Positions 28,004-37,488 of a stretch of 64,000 bases of DNA are shown piece after piece; within the stretch, counting starts at the first letter, position 1, and each line of letters begins with the position of its first letter. The DNA is taken from assembly GCA_003142295.1 (NCBI GenBank), contig PLLV01000135.1, positions 3,795-67,794 of the forward strand, given 5' to 3'. This stretch comes from Syntrophaceae bacterium. GTDB lineage: Bacteria > Desulfobacterota > Syntrophia > Syntrophales > UBA2185. The notes beneath the pieces were generated by a model. That model searched no databases, had not been told where the DNA came from, and saw nothing but the letters and a program-made list of their open reading frames with translations. A program made the position numbers and the translations under genes.

Positions 28004-28987
28004 ATGCTGAAAGTCCTTGACGACGAATCCGCCATCAAAAGATACGGGCGACAGTTTATAAAATGCTTCAAACCTTTCATCGATGAAAAAATCCCTGTGA
28101 ATCTGGGCCATCCCGGCGCAACGGTCAAGGCAAAGGTCTTGTGGTCGGAGCGCCTCGGCATTTGGATGGTGCATGAGAAGATGTCGGGAAGCAGGTATGG
28201 GCATGCCTTCGGGGCGGAAAAACCGACGGGTTCATCTCATATCCCGATTACATGTGAAATCAATTTCCCCGCAAAGGGGATTGACAGGCGTATCGGCGGG
28301 GCGCTGGCGGAAGATCGCAATGGCCGAATATTCGTGGTGCACCGGGGCAGGATCGGCGGCGGCAAGGCCCTGTTCGATGACCATTACAGGGGCGTTTGGG
28401 CAATCATGGAAGACGGTTCCGCGGAAACTATGGTGGCTTTAATAGGCGTCCTGAATTCGCCCCGGTTTGTCAGGCAGGTCAGTCAATTTGTCCGCAAAGT
28501 TGACAGGATGAAAAATATTTTTTCGTCCCGGTCTCCTCAACTGGAAATGTCTTTTGACGAACTTCGTTTTCGCGAAGAGATCATCGGTGCGAGTTACAAG
28601 GGCCCATTAACTGATCCTGCGTCGATGTGCGACCACGGTTTAATTGTAAAGGATTTATACGATATACTTTCCCGCCTTGGTTTTAAAGCGGGGAATGACC
28701 CGGAACGGGACCTTCTTATTGCGAATGCCAGGCAAGAGATAAGGGCCGTCTTCGAAGTAACCACCGATGCATCAATACCAAGTATACGGTCTGCCGCTGC
28801 CCGACTGCTGCTCGCCAATACCGAACTCCCGAAGCAACCCCGTCTGATTCTCGCTGTCCCGGAGGCTATCGATGAAGCGCTCAATAGAAAACTAAAGAAA
28901 CTGGGCGTCGATGTGCTTGCATACAATTGGAAGCATGATCAGGCCGTCTTTCCCAGCCTTCAAAGTTTGATTTCCCCTAATCAATAA
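28004..28987 (+). CDS. Hypothetical protein (327 aa), possible nuclease-fold C-terminal half
   Basis: A long ORF directly upstream of relBE and the type IIG RM gene. The C-terminal segment LYDILSRLGFKAGNDPERDLLIANARQEIRAVFEVTTD loosely resembles a PD-(D/E)xK core but lacks the canonical Lys. Confidence 0.55.
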   Translation: MLKVLDDESAIKRYGRQFIKCFKPFIDEKIPVNLGHPGATVKAKVLWSERLGIWMVHEKMSGSRYGHAFGAEKPTGSSHIPITCEINFPAKGIDRRIGGALAEDRNGRIFVVHRGRIGGGKALFDDHYRGVWAIMEDGSAETMVALIGVLNSPRFVRQVSQFVRKVDRMKNIFSSRSPQLEMSFDELRFREEIIGASYKGPLTDPASMCDHGLIVKDLYDILSRLGFKAGNDPERDLLIANARQEIRAVFEVTTDASIPSIRSAAARLLLANTELPKQPRLILAVPEAIDEALNRKLKKLGVDVLAYNWKHDQAVFPSLQSLISPNQ

Positions 28988-29023
28988 AAGTTTCTCCGCA
29001 AATGGATAGCCATTTTTTTATTA

Positions 29024-29063
29024 TTGACACTTGTATGGCAGTGCTGTATATGTAACACATATA
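29024..29063 (+). promoter_or_regulatory. Promoter with overlapping 17-bp palindrome (likely RelB operator)
   Basis: TTGACA (29024-29029), 17 nt, TATATG. The palindrome TATATGT-aac-ACATATA at 29047-29063 overlaps the -10. Confidence 0.55.
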
Positions 29064-29087
29064 ATACACAGATGGTGGTGATCGCAA

Positions 29088-29306
29088 ATGGCAAAAGTTA
29101 TAAATGTGAGAGTATCAGACGATATCGTGAAGAGACTTGACAACCTATCCGCTAAGACCAGGAGACCGAAAAGCTTCTATATTAAAGACATGCTTGATAA
29201 ATACCTGGGAGACTACGAAGACGCTTATCTTGCTCTAGAAAGGCTCAGTGATAAGAACGCTAAGTATTATTCTACGGATGAGGTAGAAAAAATTCTTGAG
29301 CTATAA
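29088..29306 (+). CDS. relB: Ribbon-helix-helix antitoxin (RelB/CopG-like)
   Basis: 72 aa. The N-terminal beta-strand/helix pattern VINVRVSDDIVKRLDNLSAKTRRPKSFYIKDML fits an RHH antitoxin, and the gene overlaps the toxin gene by 11 nt. Confidence 0.8.
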   Translation: MAKVINVRVSDDIVKRLDNLSAKTRRPKSFYIKDMLDKYLGDYEDAYLALERLSDKNAKYYSTDEVEKILEL

Positions 29307-29559
29307 GGTTGTCTGGCATGAAAAAGCCCTTGATGATCTGAAGGGCATTGATAAGTCACAAGCCAAAGCTATCTTTGAAAAGGCCAAGAACTATCTCTCT
29401 AAGGATCCCTTGTCTCTTGGAAAACCCCTGAAAGGTATATTCAAGGGTCTGTATCGTTACAGGCTTGGCGATTATCGGGTTATTTATGCAATAGATAGAA
29501 AGGAAAAGTTAATTATAGTTCTCAAAATTGGAGATAGAAAAGACATTTACAGGTCGTAG
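29296..29559 (+). CDS. relE: RelE/ParE-family toxin (mRNA interferase)
   Basis: 87 aa with a TTG start. LKG...GLYRYRLGDYRVIYAIDRKEKLIIVLKIGDRKDIY is a canonical RelE/StbE C-terminus. Confidence 0.85.
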   Translation: MSYKVVWHEKALDDLKGIDKSQAKAIFEKAKNYLSKDPLSLGKPLKGIFKGLYRYRLGDYRVIYAIDRKEKLIIVLKIGDRKDIYRS

Positions 29560-29579
29560 GCCCAGGATGGATAAGATAG

Positions 29580-32500
29580 GTGGCAACTCCCAAAGAAATT
29601 ATTGATCTTGTTGATCGCTTTGACCGAAACCGCGAGGCTTACGAGTCAGGCGGCTACAATGAGACACAACTACGCCGGGAGTTTGTGGATCCATTCTTCA
29701 AGGTTCTCGGATGGGACGTGGACAACACGGCCGGTTATGCCGAAGTTTACAAAGATGTGATCCATGAAGACGCAATCAAGATAGGCGGCGCTACCAAAGC
29801 CCCCGATTATTCCTTCCGTATCGGTGGCATGCGGAAATTCTTTGTTGAAACGAAGAGACCCTCTGTCAACATCTCTGATGATCCCAGCCCCTCATATCAA
29901 CTGCGGCGTTACGCATGGTCCGCCAAACTTCCGCTGTCCATCCTCACCAATTTTGAGGAACTTGCAGTATATGATTGCACGGTAAAACCAAAGATCGCGG
30001 ATAAGGCCTCAACCGCGCGCATTATGCAATTCAATTACCGGCACTTCGAAAAAACCTGGGAAGAAATCTCTTCGATTTTTTCCAAGGATTCCGTTCTCAA
30101 AGGCTCCTTCGACCGGTATGCCAAATCTGCGAGCCGCAAAAAAGGAACTGCCAGCGTTGATGCTGCCTTCCTCTCCGAAATCGACACTTGGCGGCAGTCC
30201 CTGGCGCAGAATATCGCCCTCCGAAATCCAAAACTGACGCAACGTGAACTCAATTTCGCCGTAGGAAAGACGATTGACCGGATCATCTTCCTGCGCATCT
30301 GTGAAGACCGGGGGATTGAACCAAATGCCCAGCTTATGGCTCTTCAGAACGGCACGAATGTCTATCAACGTTTAATCCAGATTTATTACAACGCGGACGA
30401 CAAATACAATTCCGGTCTGTTTCATTTCAGGCATGAGAAAAACCGGTTTGAGCCGCCGGACGACCTGACTCTCAATCTTACCATCGATGATAGACACTTA
30501 AAGGATATCTTCAAGAGCCTTTACTATCCCGAAAGTCCCTATGAATTTTCCGTTCTTCCCGCCGATATCCTCGGTCAGATATATGAGCAATTCCTGGGCA
30601 AGGTCATCTACCTCACACCGGGGCACCGGGCCAAGGTGGAGGAAAAGCCGGAGGTCAAGAAGGCGGGAGGCGTCTATTACACGCCAACATATATCGTAGA
30701 TTATATCGTGAAGAATACGGTGGGAAAGCTTCTGGAAGGGAAGAAACCTGGGCCTCGCGGCAACGCAAGCAATCTTCGCATACTCGATCCTGCCTGCGGT
30801 TCCGGGTCTTTTCTCATCGGCGCTTATCAGTACCTCCTGGACTGGCACCGTGACCGCTATATCGGGGATGGCCAGGAGAAGTGGGCGAAGGGCAGGAATC
30901 CGGCTCTTTGCCAGGTCGTTCGCGGTGAATGGCGCCTGACAACGGCGGAGAGAAAACGCATCCTTCTCAATAACATCTATGGTGTGGACATCGATCCGCA
31001 GGCAGTGGAAGTGACGAAGCTCTCACTCCTTCTCAAAGTTCTCGAAGGAGAAAACGAACAAACCCTTGCCAATCAGATGAGGCTCTTCCATGAGCGTGCC
31101 CTTCCCGATCTCGGCAGCAACATCAAGTGCGGGAATTCCCTTATCGGCTCCGATTTCTATGACAATCAACAATTAAGCTTCTTTGACGATGAGGAACGCT
31201 ATCGTATAAATGTCTTTGACTGGGAAAAGGAATTTCCTGAAATCTTCAAAGAAGGCGGTTTCGACGCCGTCATCGGGAATCCGCCATATGTGCGCATTCA
31301 GGCGCTTAAAGAATGGGCGCCGTTGGAAGTAGAATTCTACAAAATATGTTACACATCCGCGAGCAAGGGAAACTATGACATATACGTGGTCTTCGTAGAA
31401 AAAGGCCTGAGCCTTTTAAACGACAAGGGGCGACTCGGTTTCATCCTTCCACACAAGTTTTTCAATGCCCAGTATGGAGAACCACTGCGTAGCTTGTTAG
31501 CTAAAGGCCATCACTTGGCGGAAGTAATTCATTTCGGTGATCAGCAGGTATTTGTTGGGGCGACGACGTACACCTGCCTTATGTTTCTGGACAAGGGCGG
31601 CGCTGAATCATGCAAATTTAAGAAGGTGGATGATCTGGCTGCGTGGCGAACCGACGGGAGCGGGACGGAAGGCATCATTTCTGCCCAAAATGTAAAGCCT
31701 GCGGAATGGCATTTTGCCGTCGGACGGGGAACGAAACTTTTTGAAAAACTCAGCCGAATACCGGTCAAGTTAGGCGATGTAGCTGATAAGATGGCACAGG
31801 GTATACGTACCAGCGCCAATGAAGTCTATGTTTTAGACACAATATCAGTTCATGGAAGTATGATTACTGCTTACTCCAAACAACTGAATCGAAACGTTGA
31901 GCTTGAGCGCAAAGCCGTATCACTGTTTTTACAGGGCCGGGAAATTAAACCATATCAAGTTTTACCTTCTGGCAAGGTTGTCATTATTCCTTATTGCACG
32001 AAAGATGGGATTACCAAGCTAATGAGCCAGAAAGAAATCGAAGATATTTTTCCGAAGACATTTAAATATCTTTTAGAGAATAAGACCTATCTGGAGAACC
32101 GCGAACATGGGCGAATGCGAGGTTCAGATTGGTTCGCTTATATTTACCCCAAAAATATTGTGTTTATGAAAACATGCAAGATATTAGTACCAGACATAGC
32201 TGATCGAGCGTGTTTTGCGCTTGATGAGAATGGCGAATATGCGTTTACAAGTGGTTACGGAATAACTTTAAAAATAAGTGTTATTGAATCACCGAGTTAT
32301 ATTTTGGGATTATTAAACAGTAATGTCTTAGACTTTTATCTTAGACGCATTAGTACTACCTTACGAGGAGGATTTTTTCGTTACTTCACACAATTCATCG
32401 CACAGCTTCCTATCCGTACCATCGACTTCTCAAATTCCGCAGATAAAGCCCGCCACGACCGGATGGTTGCGTTGGTCGAGCAGATGCTTTCCCTCAATAA

Positions 32501-32657
32501 GAAACTGGCAGCCGCAAAAACCGAACACGACAAGACCACCCTCCAGCGCCAGATCGGCACTACCGACCGTCAGATTGACCGGCTCGTTTATGAACTTTAC
32601 GATCTGACGCCGGAAGAAATAAGGATTGTGGAGGACGATGCATCGGGGGAAAAATAG
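29580..32657 (+). CDS. Type IIG restriction-modification enzyme (fused PD-(D/E)xK nuclease + N6-adenine methyltransferase + TRD; Eco57I/COG1002-like)
   Basis: 1025 aa with a GTG start. The N-terminal nuclease core reads YNETQLRREFVDPFFKVLGWDV...APDYSFRIGG..FFVETKRP. SAM motif I is ILDPACGSGSFL and motif IV is VIGNPPYV. A long C-terminal target-recognition region follows. Confidence 0.85.
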   Translation: MATPKEIIDLVDRFDRNREAYESGGYNETQLRREFVDPFFKVLGWDVDNTAGYAEVYKDVIHEDAIKIGGATKAPDYSFRIGGMRKFFVETKRPSVNISDDPSPSYQLRRYAWSAKLPLSILTNFEELAVYDCTVKPKIADKASTARIMQFNYRHFEKTWEEISSIFSKDSVLKGSFDRYAKSASRKKGTASVDAAFLSEIDTWRQSLAQNIALRNPKLTQRELNFAVGKTIDRIIFLRICEDRGIEPNAQLMALQNGTNVYQRLIQIYYNADDKYNSGLFHFRHEKNRFEPPDDLTLNLTIDDRHLKDIFKSLYYPESPYEFSVLPADILGQIYEQFLGKVIYLTPGHRAKVEEKPEVKKAGGVYYTPTYIVDYIVKNTVGKLLEGKKPGPRGNASNLRILDPACGSGSFLIGAYQYLLDWHRDRYIGDGQEKWAKGRNPALCQVVRGEWRLTTAERKRILLNNIYGVDIDPQAVEVTKLSLLLKVLEGENEQTLANQMRLFHERALPDLGSNIKCGNSLIGSDFYDNQQLSFFDDEERYRINVFDWEKEFPEIFKEGGFDAVIGNPPYVRIQALKEWAPLEVEFYKICYTSASKGNYDIYVVFVEKGLSLLNDKGRLGFILPHKFFNAQYGEPLRSLLAKGHHLAEVIHFGDQQVFVGATTYTCLMFLDKGGAESCKFKKVDDLAAWRTDGSGTEGIISAQNVKPAEWHFAVGRGTKLFEKLSRIPVKLGDVADKMAQGIRTSANEVYVLDTISVHGSMITAYSKQLNRNVELERKAVSLFLQGREIKPYQVLPSGKVVIIPYCTKDGITKLMSQKEIEDIFPKTFKYLLENKTYLENREHGRMRGSDWFAYIYPKNIVFMKTCKILVPDIADRACFALDENGEYAFTSGYGITLKISVIESPSYILGLLNSNVLDFYLRRISTTLRGGFFRYFTQFIAQLPIRTIDFSNSADKARHDRMVALVEQMLSLNKKLAAAKTEHDKTTLQRQIGTTDRQIDRLVYELYDLTPEEIRIVEDDASGEK

Positions 32658-32667
32658 AGGAAAGCAA

Positions 32668-32967
32668 ATGATTATGCCAGCAGAATACCAACTCATGATT
32701 GCGTTGGCCACTGTTATATGTAGCGGGCTTGTGTCTGCAATTGTCACTTATAAGCTAAATTCACAAAAAGACGAGAGACTCTTATTGAGGCAGAAGTTGG
32801 AAGAGCTAAACCTTTCTCTAATTCGCTATTGTAATGACTTAGGCAGTCGTTCTCTTATATATTCTTCAGTTATGGTAGGCAAAATTAGCTACGACCAAGC
32901 AAATGTACAGATGTCCAAAATGCTAAAAAAGAGGAAAAAAGCTATGATAAAGTTTCAATGCTTGTAA
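32668..32967 (+). CDS. Small membrane-anchored protein (about 99 aa)
   Basis: An ATG at 32668 follows GAGGAAAGC. There is one TM helix (LMIALATVICSGLVSAIVTY), then a helical region. The gene is AT-rich. Confidence 0.4.
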   Translation: MIMPAEYQLMIALATVICSGLVSAIVTYKLNSQKDERLLLRQKLEELNLSLIRYCNDLGSRSLIYSSVMVGKISYDQANVQMSKMLKKRKKAMIKFQCL

Positions 32968-33200
32968 ATATCTATTTCTCTCATTTTAATACCTATCTTG
33001 AGAATATTTTCAAAATAAGGGACGAGGAAAACGAAATTATACTTGACTTCAAGAAACATTATCAACGTGCAGGTAAACCCAGCCAAGATCATTTTAACAT
33101 AATATGTATCACCAGTGAAAAAATGGACAAAGCTGAAGCAGCTTTTATGAATGCAATACAGAGAGAAGCCGCGAAAATAAGAAGATTCAAGTTCCAATAG
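32958..33200 (+). CDS. Small hypothetical protein (80 aa), possibly the continuation of the previous ORF
   Basis: It overlaps the previous ORF by 10 nt in another frame, just after an A-rich tract (aaaaaagaggaaaaaag, 32926-32942). Confidence 0.3.
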   Translation: MLVNIYFSHFNTYLENIFKIRDEENEIILDFKKHYQRAGKPSQDHFNIICITSEKMDKAEAAFMNAIQREAAKIRRFKFQ

Positions 33201-33305
33201 AATGTGAGTAATATCTCGAGATGCGATAACAGTTACTGAATTCGAGGCACATTACGACCAGTAAGGTATCTCTATTTGAGATAAACCTTGACGAGGATGC
33301 ACAGG

Positions 33306-34958
33306 TCAAATAAACTGTTCTGCCTTCGCAGATGTTCCAGCGCCTTTTAGCAGGAGAGGATTATATTTAATTCGAATTCTGTGGAAAGTTGCGTCTGGTT
33401 TCTCTATTGTAACAGGCCCTTTGTTTTTCCATCTTGAAAACCATTCGGCTTGCAAAATAAGATTCTTATCGGCCCATCCTTCCGCAAATAGAGATCTCAA
33501 TCGCTTGTCTTGAGCATAAAATCTTATCCAAATGCAGTTGGGCCTTCCTTTAAACCATCCCTTGTCACCAAAGCTACGTCTCTTTATCTGATATTTCCTT
33601 AAAGTTCTTATTGCATGCCTCAAAATGTCTTTTAGAACTGTATCGGTAATTGTCCCTCGTTCATTCAAGATGACATGAGCTTGAAACCGGCGAATCGATT
33701 CCGTGCTCCGGTTTTCAATTGTTCGAATATGATACCTTGAATAAAGTACTTTTAGACCGCGGTTGCGCCATTCATCAACAAATTGTTGCCTTGTAGTTTG
33801 CCAAAATGGTTTTGCGAGACTTCTCATAACGTAGATTTTTCTGCGCAGGTTTGAAGCATCGAACCAGAGTAAGCTTGACTCAAGTACTTCCCGAATGCAG
33901 TCTTCGAACTCCTCGTTTCCGATGATTGCTTTTCTGAGTCTGTTAGCATTTATAAATAATGCTGGTGATACTTCCTTGCCACAATCTAAAATAATAGCGA
34001 TGCGATCATAGTTCTGCCCACCGAATTTCAAAGCATGCCAAGCCAAACTAAGGCCATCAAACATTTGGCTTATACGAGAGAGGGTCTTAATCTGGCAAGA
34101 TACATTCAATTGTTTCCTATCGTTTACAGTTGTACTTTCTGTCATCGATAAAATTTTGAATCCATGATGAGAACTGCTTGCATCTATGAATAAATATCTA
34201 AGCCCCAGGGGCAGTCTCTCCAAGCGACTCGCCATTTCATTGTGATGCGCAGACAAGAAAAGCAAGAGCGCGATTAAAATGGAGTGACACGTATCAACCA
34301 AGTTGTCGAATAATTCGGCAAGCTCATATGGAAAAAGCACCAATGGCTCTTTTGCGCGGTCTTTGTACTCAATTTCAGACAACTTGAAAGATATGGACCC
34401 ATGAGAAATAGCATTTCTAACAGTTGAGGAAAAACCGGAGCAAAGACTATCCAGTCCGTTGCTTCTTAAAGCATCGATCTGTTTGGATAAACTAAAGCTC
34501 AAATAGTCTTTCTTTTGTATTTTTTCAAGAACACCGAGTGGAATTCGGATCAGATGATTCAAAACGTGTTCGCAGTATCTTTGGTATTCAGGGTGCCAGA
34601 TTGATTCAATTTGAGAAAGGCTCGAGGGGTCGTCCAATTTTAGTTGATCCTCATTGTTCCAACTACTTCCTTCACGAATTAAAGAAAAGATCGCGTGACT
34701 CAGGTTAATATTTTTATCGAAAATTACCTCAAGAGTCTTATCTGCGTTATCCTGAAAGAAATTTAATAGAGCATCAATACATTTCGGGTCGTAGTATTTT
34801 AAAGGCCTAGTAGATGCAAAACGGTACAGTGAAAGGTGATAGTCATTGAAATGGCTCTCCTCAATCCAGCCACTAAAACATTTTCGAACCTGCTGCCCTC
34901 TTAGACATTTCTGAGCTTTGCATATTTGGTGGTTAGCAAGGAATTCGTTTAGTAGCAT
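33306..34958 (-). CDS. Hypothetical 550-aa protein with an RNxxxH (HEPN-like) motif
   Basis: A long uninterrupted ORF in the most AT-rich stretch of the window, convergent with the RM gene. The motif SSTVRNAISHGS fits the HEPN Rx4-6H signature, and I recognised nothing else. Confidence 0.6.
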   Translation of the reverse strand: MLLNEFLANHQICKAQKCLRGQQVRKCFSGWIEESHFNDYHLSLYRFASTRPLKYYDPKCIDALLNFFQDNADKTLEVIFDKNINLSHAIFSLIREGSSWNNEDQLKLDDPSSLSQIESIWHPEYQRYCEHVLNHLIRIPLGVLEKIQKKDYLSFSLSKQIDALRSNGLDSLCSGFSSTVRNAISHGSISFKLSEIEYKDRAKEPLVLFPYELAELFDNLVDTCHSILIALLLFLSAHHNEMASRLERLPLGLRYLFIDASSSHHGFKILSMTESTTVNDRKQLNVSCQIKTLSRISQMFDGLSLAWHALKFGGQNYDRIAIILDCGKEVSPALFINANRLRKAIIGNEEFEDCIREVLESSLLWFDASNLRRKIYVMRSLAKPFWQTTRQQFVDEWRNRGLKVLYSRYHIRTIENRSTESIRRFQAHVILNERGTITDTVLKDILRHAIRTLRKYQIKRRSFGDKGWFKGRPNCIWIRFYAQDKRLRSLFAEGWADKNLILQAEWFSRWKNKGPVTIEKPDATFHRIRIKYNPLLLKGAGTSAKAEQFI

Positions 34959-35287
34959 TGATTCTAAGATATATCTTGTGGTCTTAAACTAAGGAGTATT
35001 ATAGATGGATACTACCCCAATTTCTTCTTACCCATTGATTGGCGAGTTCTGCATGCGAAAACGGGATACAACATTGTGCGGTAGTTTACATCGTGATAAA
35101 AAATAAATCATTATAAATCTTATATAATACCATTCATGGGGAGATTGCATCAAACACGAACGTCCGATTCTGGTTAACCTGACAGCTCATGCGGCAATTA
35201 ATGATTCCCAAAGATCGAACGGTTCGTGTATGGATTGACGGAAGAAGAGATAAGTATTGTCGAATGCAGATAGAATAAGAGAAACGC

Positions 35288-35980
35288 ATGGAAAAGTTCC
35301 ACTGTTTTGCCCATCGCGGTGCATCAGGGCATGAACCGGAAAACACGCTATCAGCAGTGGAGAAAGCCATTGATCTGGGCGCTGATTGGATTGAAGTAGA
35401 TGTGTATGCCGTCAAAGGTGAGTTGATTGTCATACACGATGAACGACTCGATCGTACGACAAACGATACCGGTTATGTCAGAGATAAATCGCTCGCCTAC
35501 CTGCGCTCCCTCGATGCGGGGAAAGGTCAGCGTATCCCCATCCTCCGTGAGGTCCTTGACTCTGTAGACCGCAGAGCAGGGATAAATATCGAGTTGAAAG
35601 GTCCTAAGACCGAGGGATTGGCGGTTTCCCTGATCGAAGAGTATGTCAAGGAGCGGCAATGGAATTATGAACAGTTTGCAGTATCATCATTCAACCGCCG
35701 CCAATTGATAAAAGTTAAGAAACTCAATCCCCATATCAGGATCGGTATTCTCATAGATCTTCCCCGGCGCCACTACGCGATATTTGCCCGGCGATATGAT
35801 GCGTACTCTGTACACGTTCAAATCGATCTCGCCAGTGCACGATTTATTGCGCGTGCCCACGAGCGTGGACTCAAGGTATTTGTGTATACAGTTAATAACC
35901 CTGAAGACATTGATAGATTGCAGGTATTGGGAGTTGACGGGATATTTACTGACTTTCCCGAACTCGTCGTCAAGAGATAA
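35288..35980 (+). CDS. Glycerophosphodiester phosphodiesterase (GDPD family)
   Basis: 230 aa. HRGASGHEPENTLSA...IEVDV...IHDERLDRTTN are the hallmark GDPD catalytic motifs. Confidence 0.9.
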   Translation: MEKFHCFAHRGASGHEPENTLSAVEKAIDLGADWIEVDVYAVKGELIVIHDERLDRTTNDTGYVRDKSLAYLRSLDAGKGQRIPILREVLDSVDRRAGINIELKGPKTEGLAVSLIEEYVKERQWNYEQFAVSSFNRRQLIKVKKLNPHIRIGILIDLPRRHYAIFARRYDAYSVHVQIDLASARFIARAHERGLKVFVYTVNNPEDIDRLQVLGVDGIFTDFPELVVKR

Positions 35981-36002
35981 CGACCTTTACAAAGTTTCAT
36001 AT

Positions 36003-36130
36003 TGTCATTTCGACCCCTTCGCATTCACTCATGATAAATTCCACGAATAAGGCTAATAAGGATTTCTCCCGGAGTTTACCCTGAGTAAACCGAAGGGGTC
36101 GAAATGACACGGTGGGTAGAAATGACACGC
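36003..36130. repeat. REP family 2, inverted pair
   Basis: tgtcatttcgaccccttcg ... cgaaggggtcgaaatgaca, plus gtagaaatgacac. Confidence 0.8.
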
Positions 36131-36207
36131 GGAATCAGAAAGAGCCGCCGCAGCCTCCGTAACCCCGAAGGAAGAGGGGATTATGGATGGCTGCGACGGT
36201 GGGTGTG

Positions 36208-37152
36208 TCAGAAGCTTAAGGTAACAGTCAGGCCGCCGTAAACGTAACTGCTATCGTTATCGGCCGGATTAGTCAATTTGCCACGGGCCTTAATCTCATT
36301 TTTTGCATCGCTCGATAGGGGGAAGGAGTAGGAAACTGTCGGGGCCACGGTTAGATACTTTACCACATTTATAGGGAGGCTCGCCGTGAGCACACCGTCA
36401 TGGAAATTACTGAACTTGTCGTTTGTCGCCTGATAATTGTTATCAAACTTTGGATACCCGCCATACGATGCATTAACACCATAGAGGGTCGCATCGGCAT
36501 AGTCGCTGAGGAGATAACTGGCGGATGCACCCAGTTGTAGAGAAACGGTTTTGTTGAATTCAAAAGTATGGGAAATCCCCAACAGGAAATAATACTGGTG
36601 ATAATGATCAATTTCCTTATAGGCAGTCAAAGTCGGCGTAAGGAGCGTATTAAGACCCAGAGTGACAAATATTTCCTGTGAATCAAGAGGTTTTGCGGCA
36701 CCGGCATTCGGAGCCTGCAAGCCATAATAAATGTAACCAAGACCGGCATTTAAAATACCAAAAGTTTTGGTATAAGAGAGAGTAAGATCCGTTTCCGTCC
36801 AGGTGCTGGAATAACTGGCGTTTGTTGTCGAGTAGGGCTTTGTATCAATGTTTCCCCATATATTGGCGCTAAACCCTTTATAACCAACTGTCAGGGAAGG
36901 TTGAACTACAATGCTGTTTTTGGTGTTTTCATATCCCCGCCATACATATTTTGACAAACCGGAAATGGATAACGAACCGGTGGGTTTTTCTTCCGCAGGT
37001 GCAGCCGGAGCAGGAGCCTCTGTTGCAGGGGCAGGAGTTGCTGCTGCGGGTTTCTGATCCTCAGCCAAAATGGAGGCCACACCCACTGTCAGTAAGAGCA
37101 AAGTCACAATCACACTTAAAAAAGCATTTCTCACGAAGATATATCTTTTCAT
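36208..37152 (-). CDS. Putative outer-membrane beta-barrel protein (TorF/Gcw_chp-like porin)
   Basis: A signal peptide is followed by an Ala/Pro-rich linker and alternating beta-strand pattern (YVWRGYENT..VVQPSLTVGYKGFSANIWGN), with a C-terminal aromatic residue (LSF). The start is an ATG at 37152 with GGAGG upstream. Confidence 0.6.
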   Translation of the reverse strand: MKRYIFVRNAFLSVIVTLLLLTVGVASILAEDQKPAAATPAPATEAPAPAAPAEEKPTGSLSISGLSKYVWRGYENTKNSIVVQPSLTVGYKGFSANIWGNIDTKPYSTTNASYSSTWTETDLTLSYTKTFGILNAGLGYIYYGLQAPNAGAAKPLDSQEIFVTLGLNTLLTPTLTAYKEIDHYHQYYFLLGISHTFEFNKTVSLQLGASASYLLSDYADATLYGVNASYGGYPKFDNNYQATNDKFSNFHDGVLTASLPINVVKYLTVAPTVSYSFPLSSDAKNEIKARGKLTNPADNDSSYVYGGLTVTLSF

Positions 37153-37488
37153 CACTATTCCTCCTGATTTGATTTTCGAAGTTTTGTAACTCAAAATATA
37201 TGCCAGATGGAAAAATATCTGCTAACATCTATAATCCATTGAATATGGAGGGTATTTGCCTTCTCTTGCTACGTACCGAGAATGCGATAAAGAAACATAA
37301 ATGTAATTTCTCTATGGAGTGATAACAAAATTGTATGTCAACCAGCGCAGTATAGACTGCAGGACGCAACCATTCACTTGATTAATGGAAGTTCTGCGAT
37401 CTATTTTTCCCTTGATAAGACGCTGGCGAATTGTTTATGGTACATTTACCTTCTTTCCATAAGAACTAATCCGCTTTGAGAGAAATAA

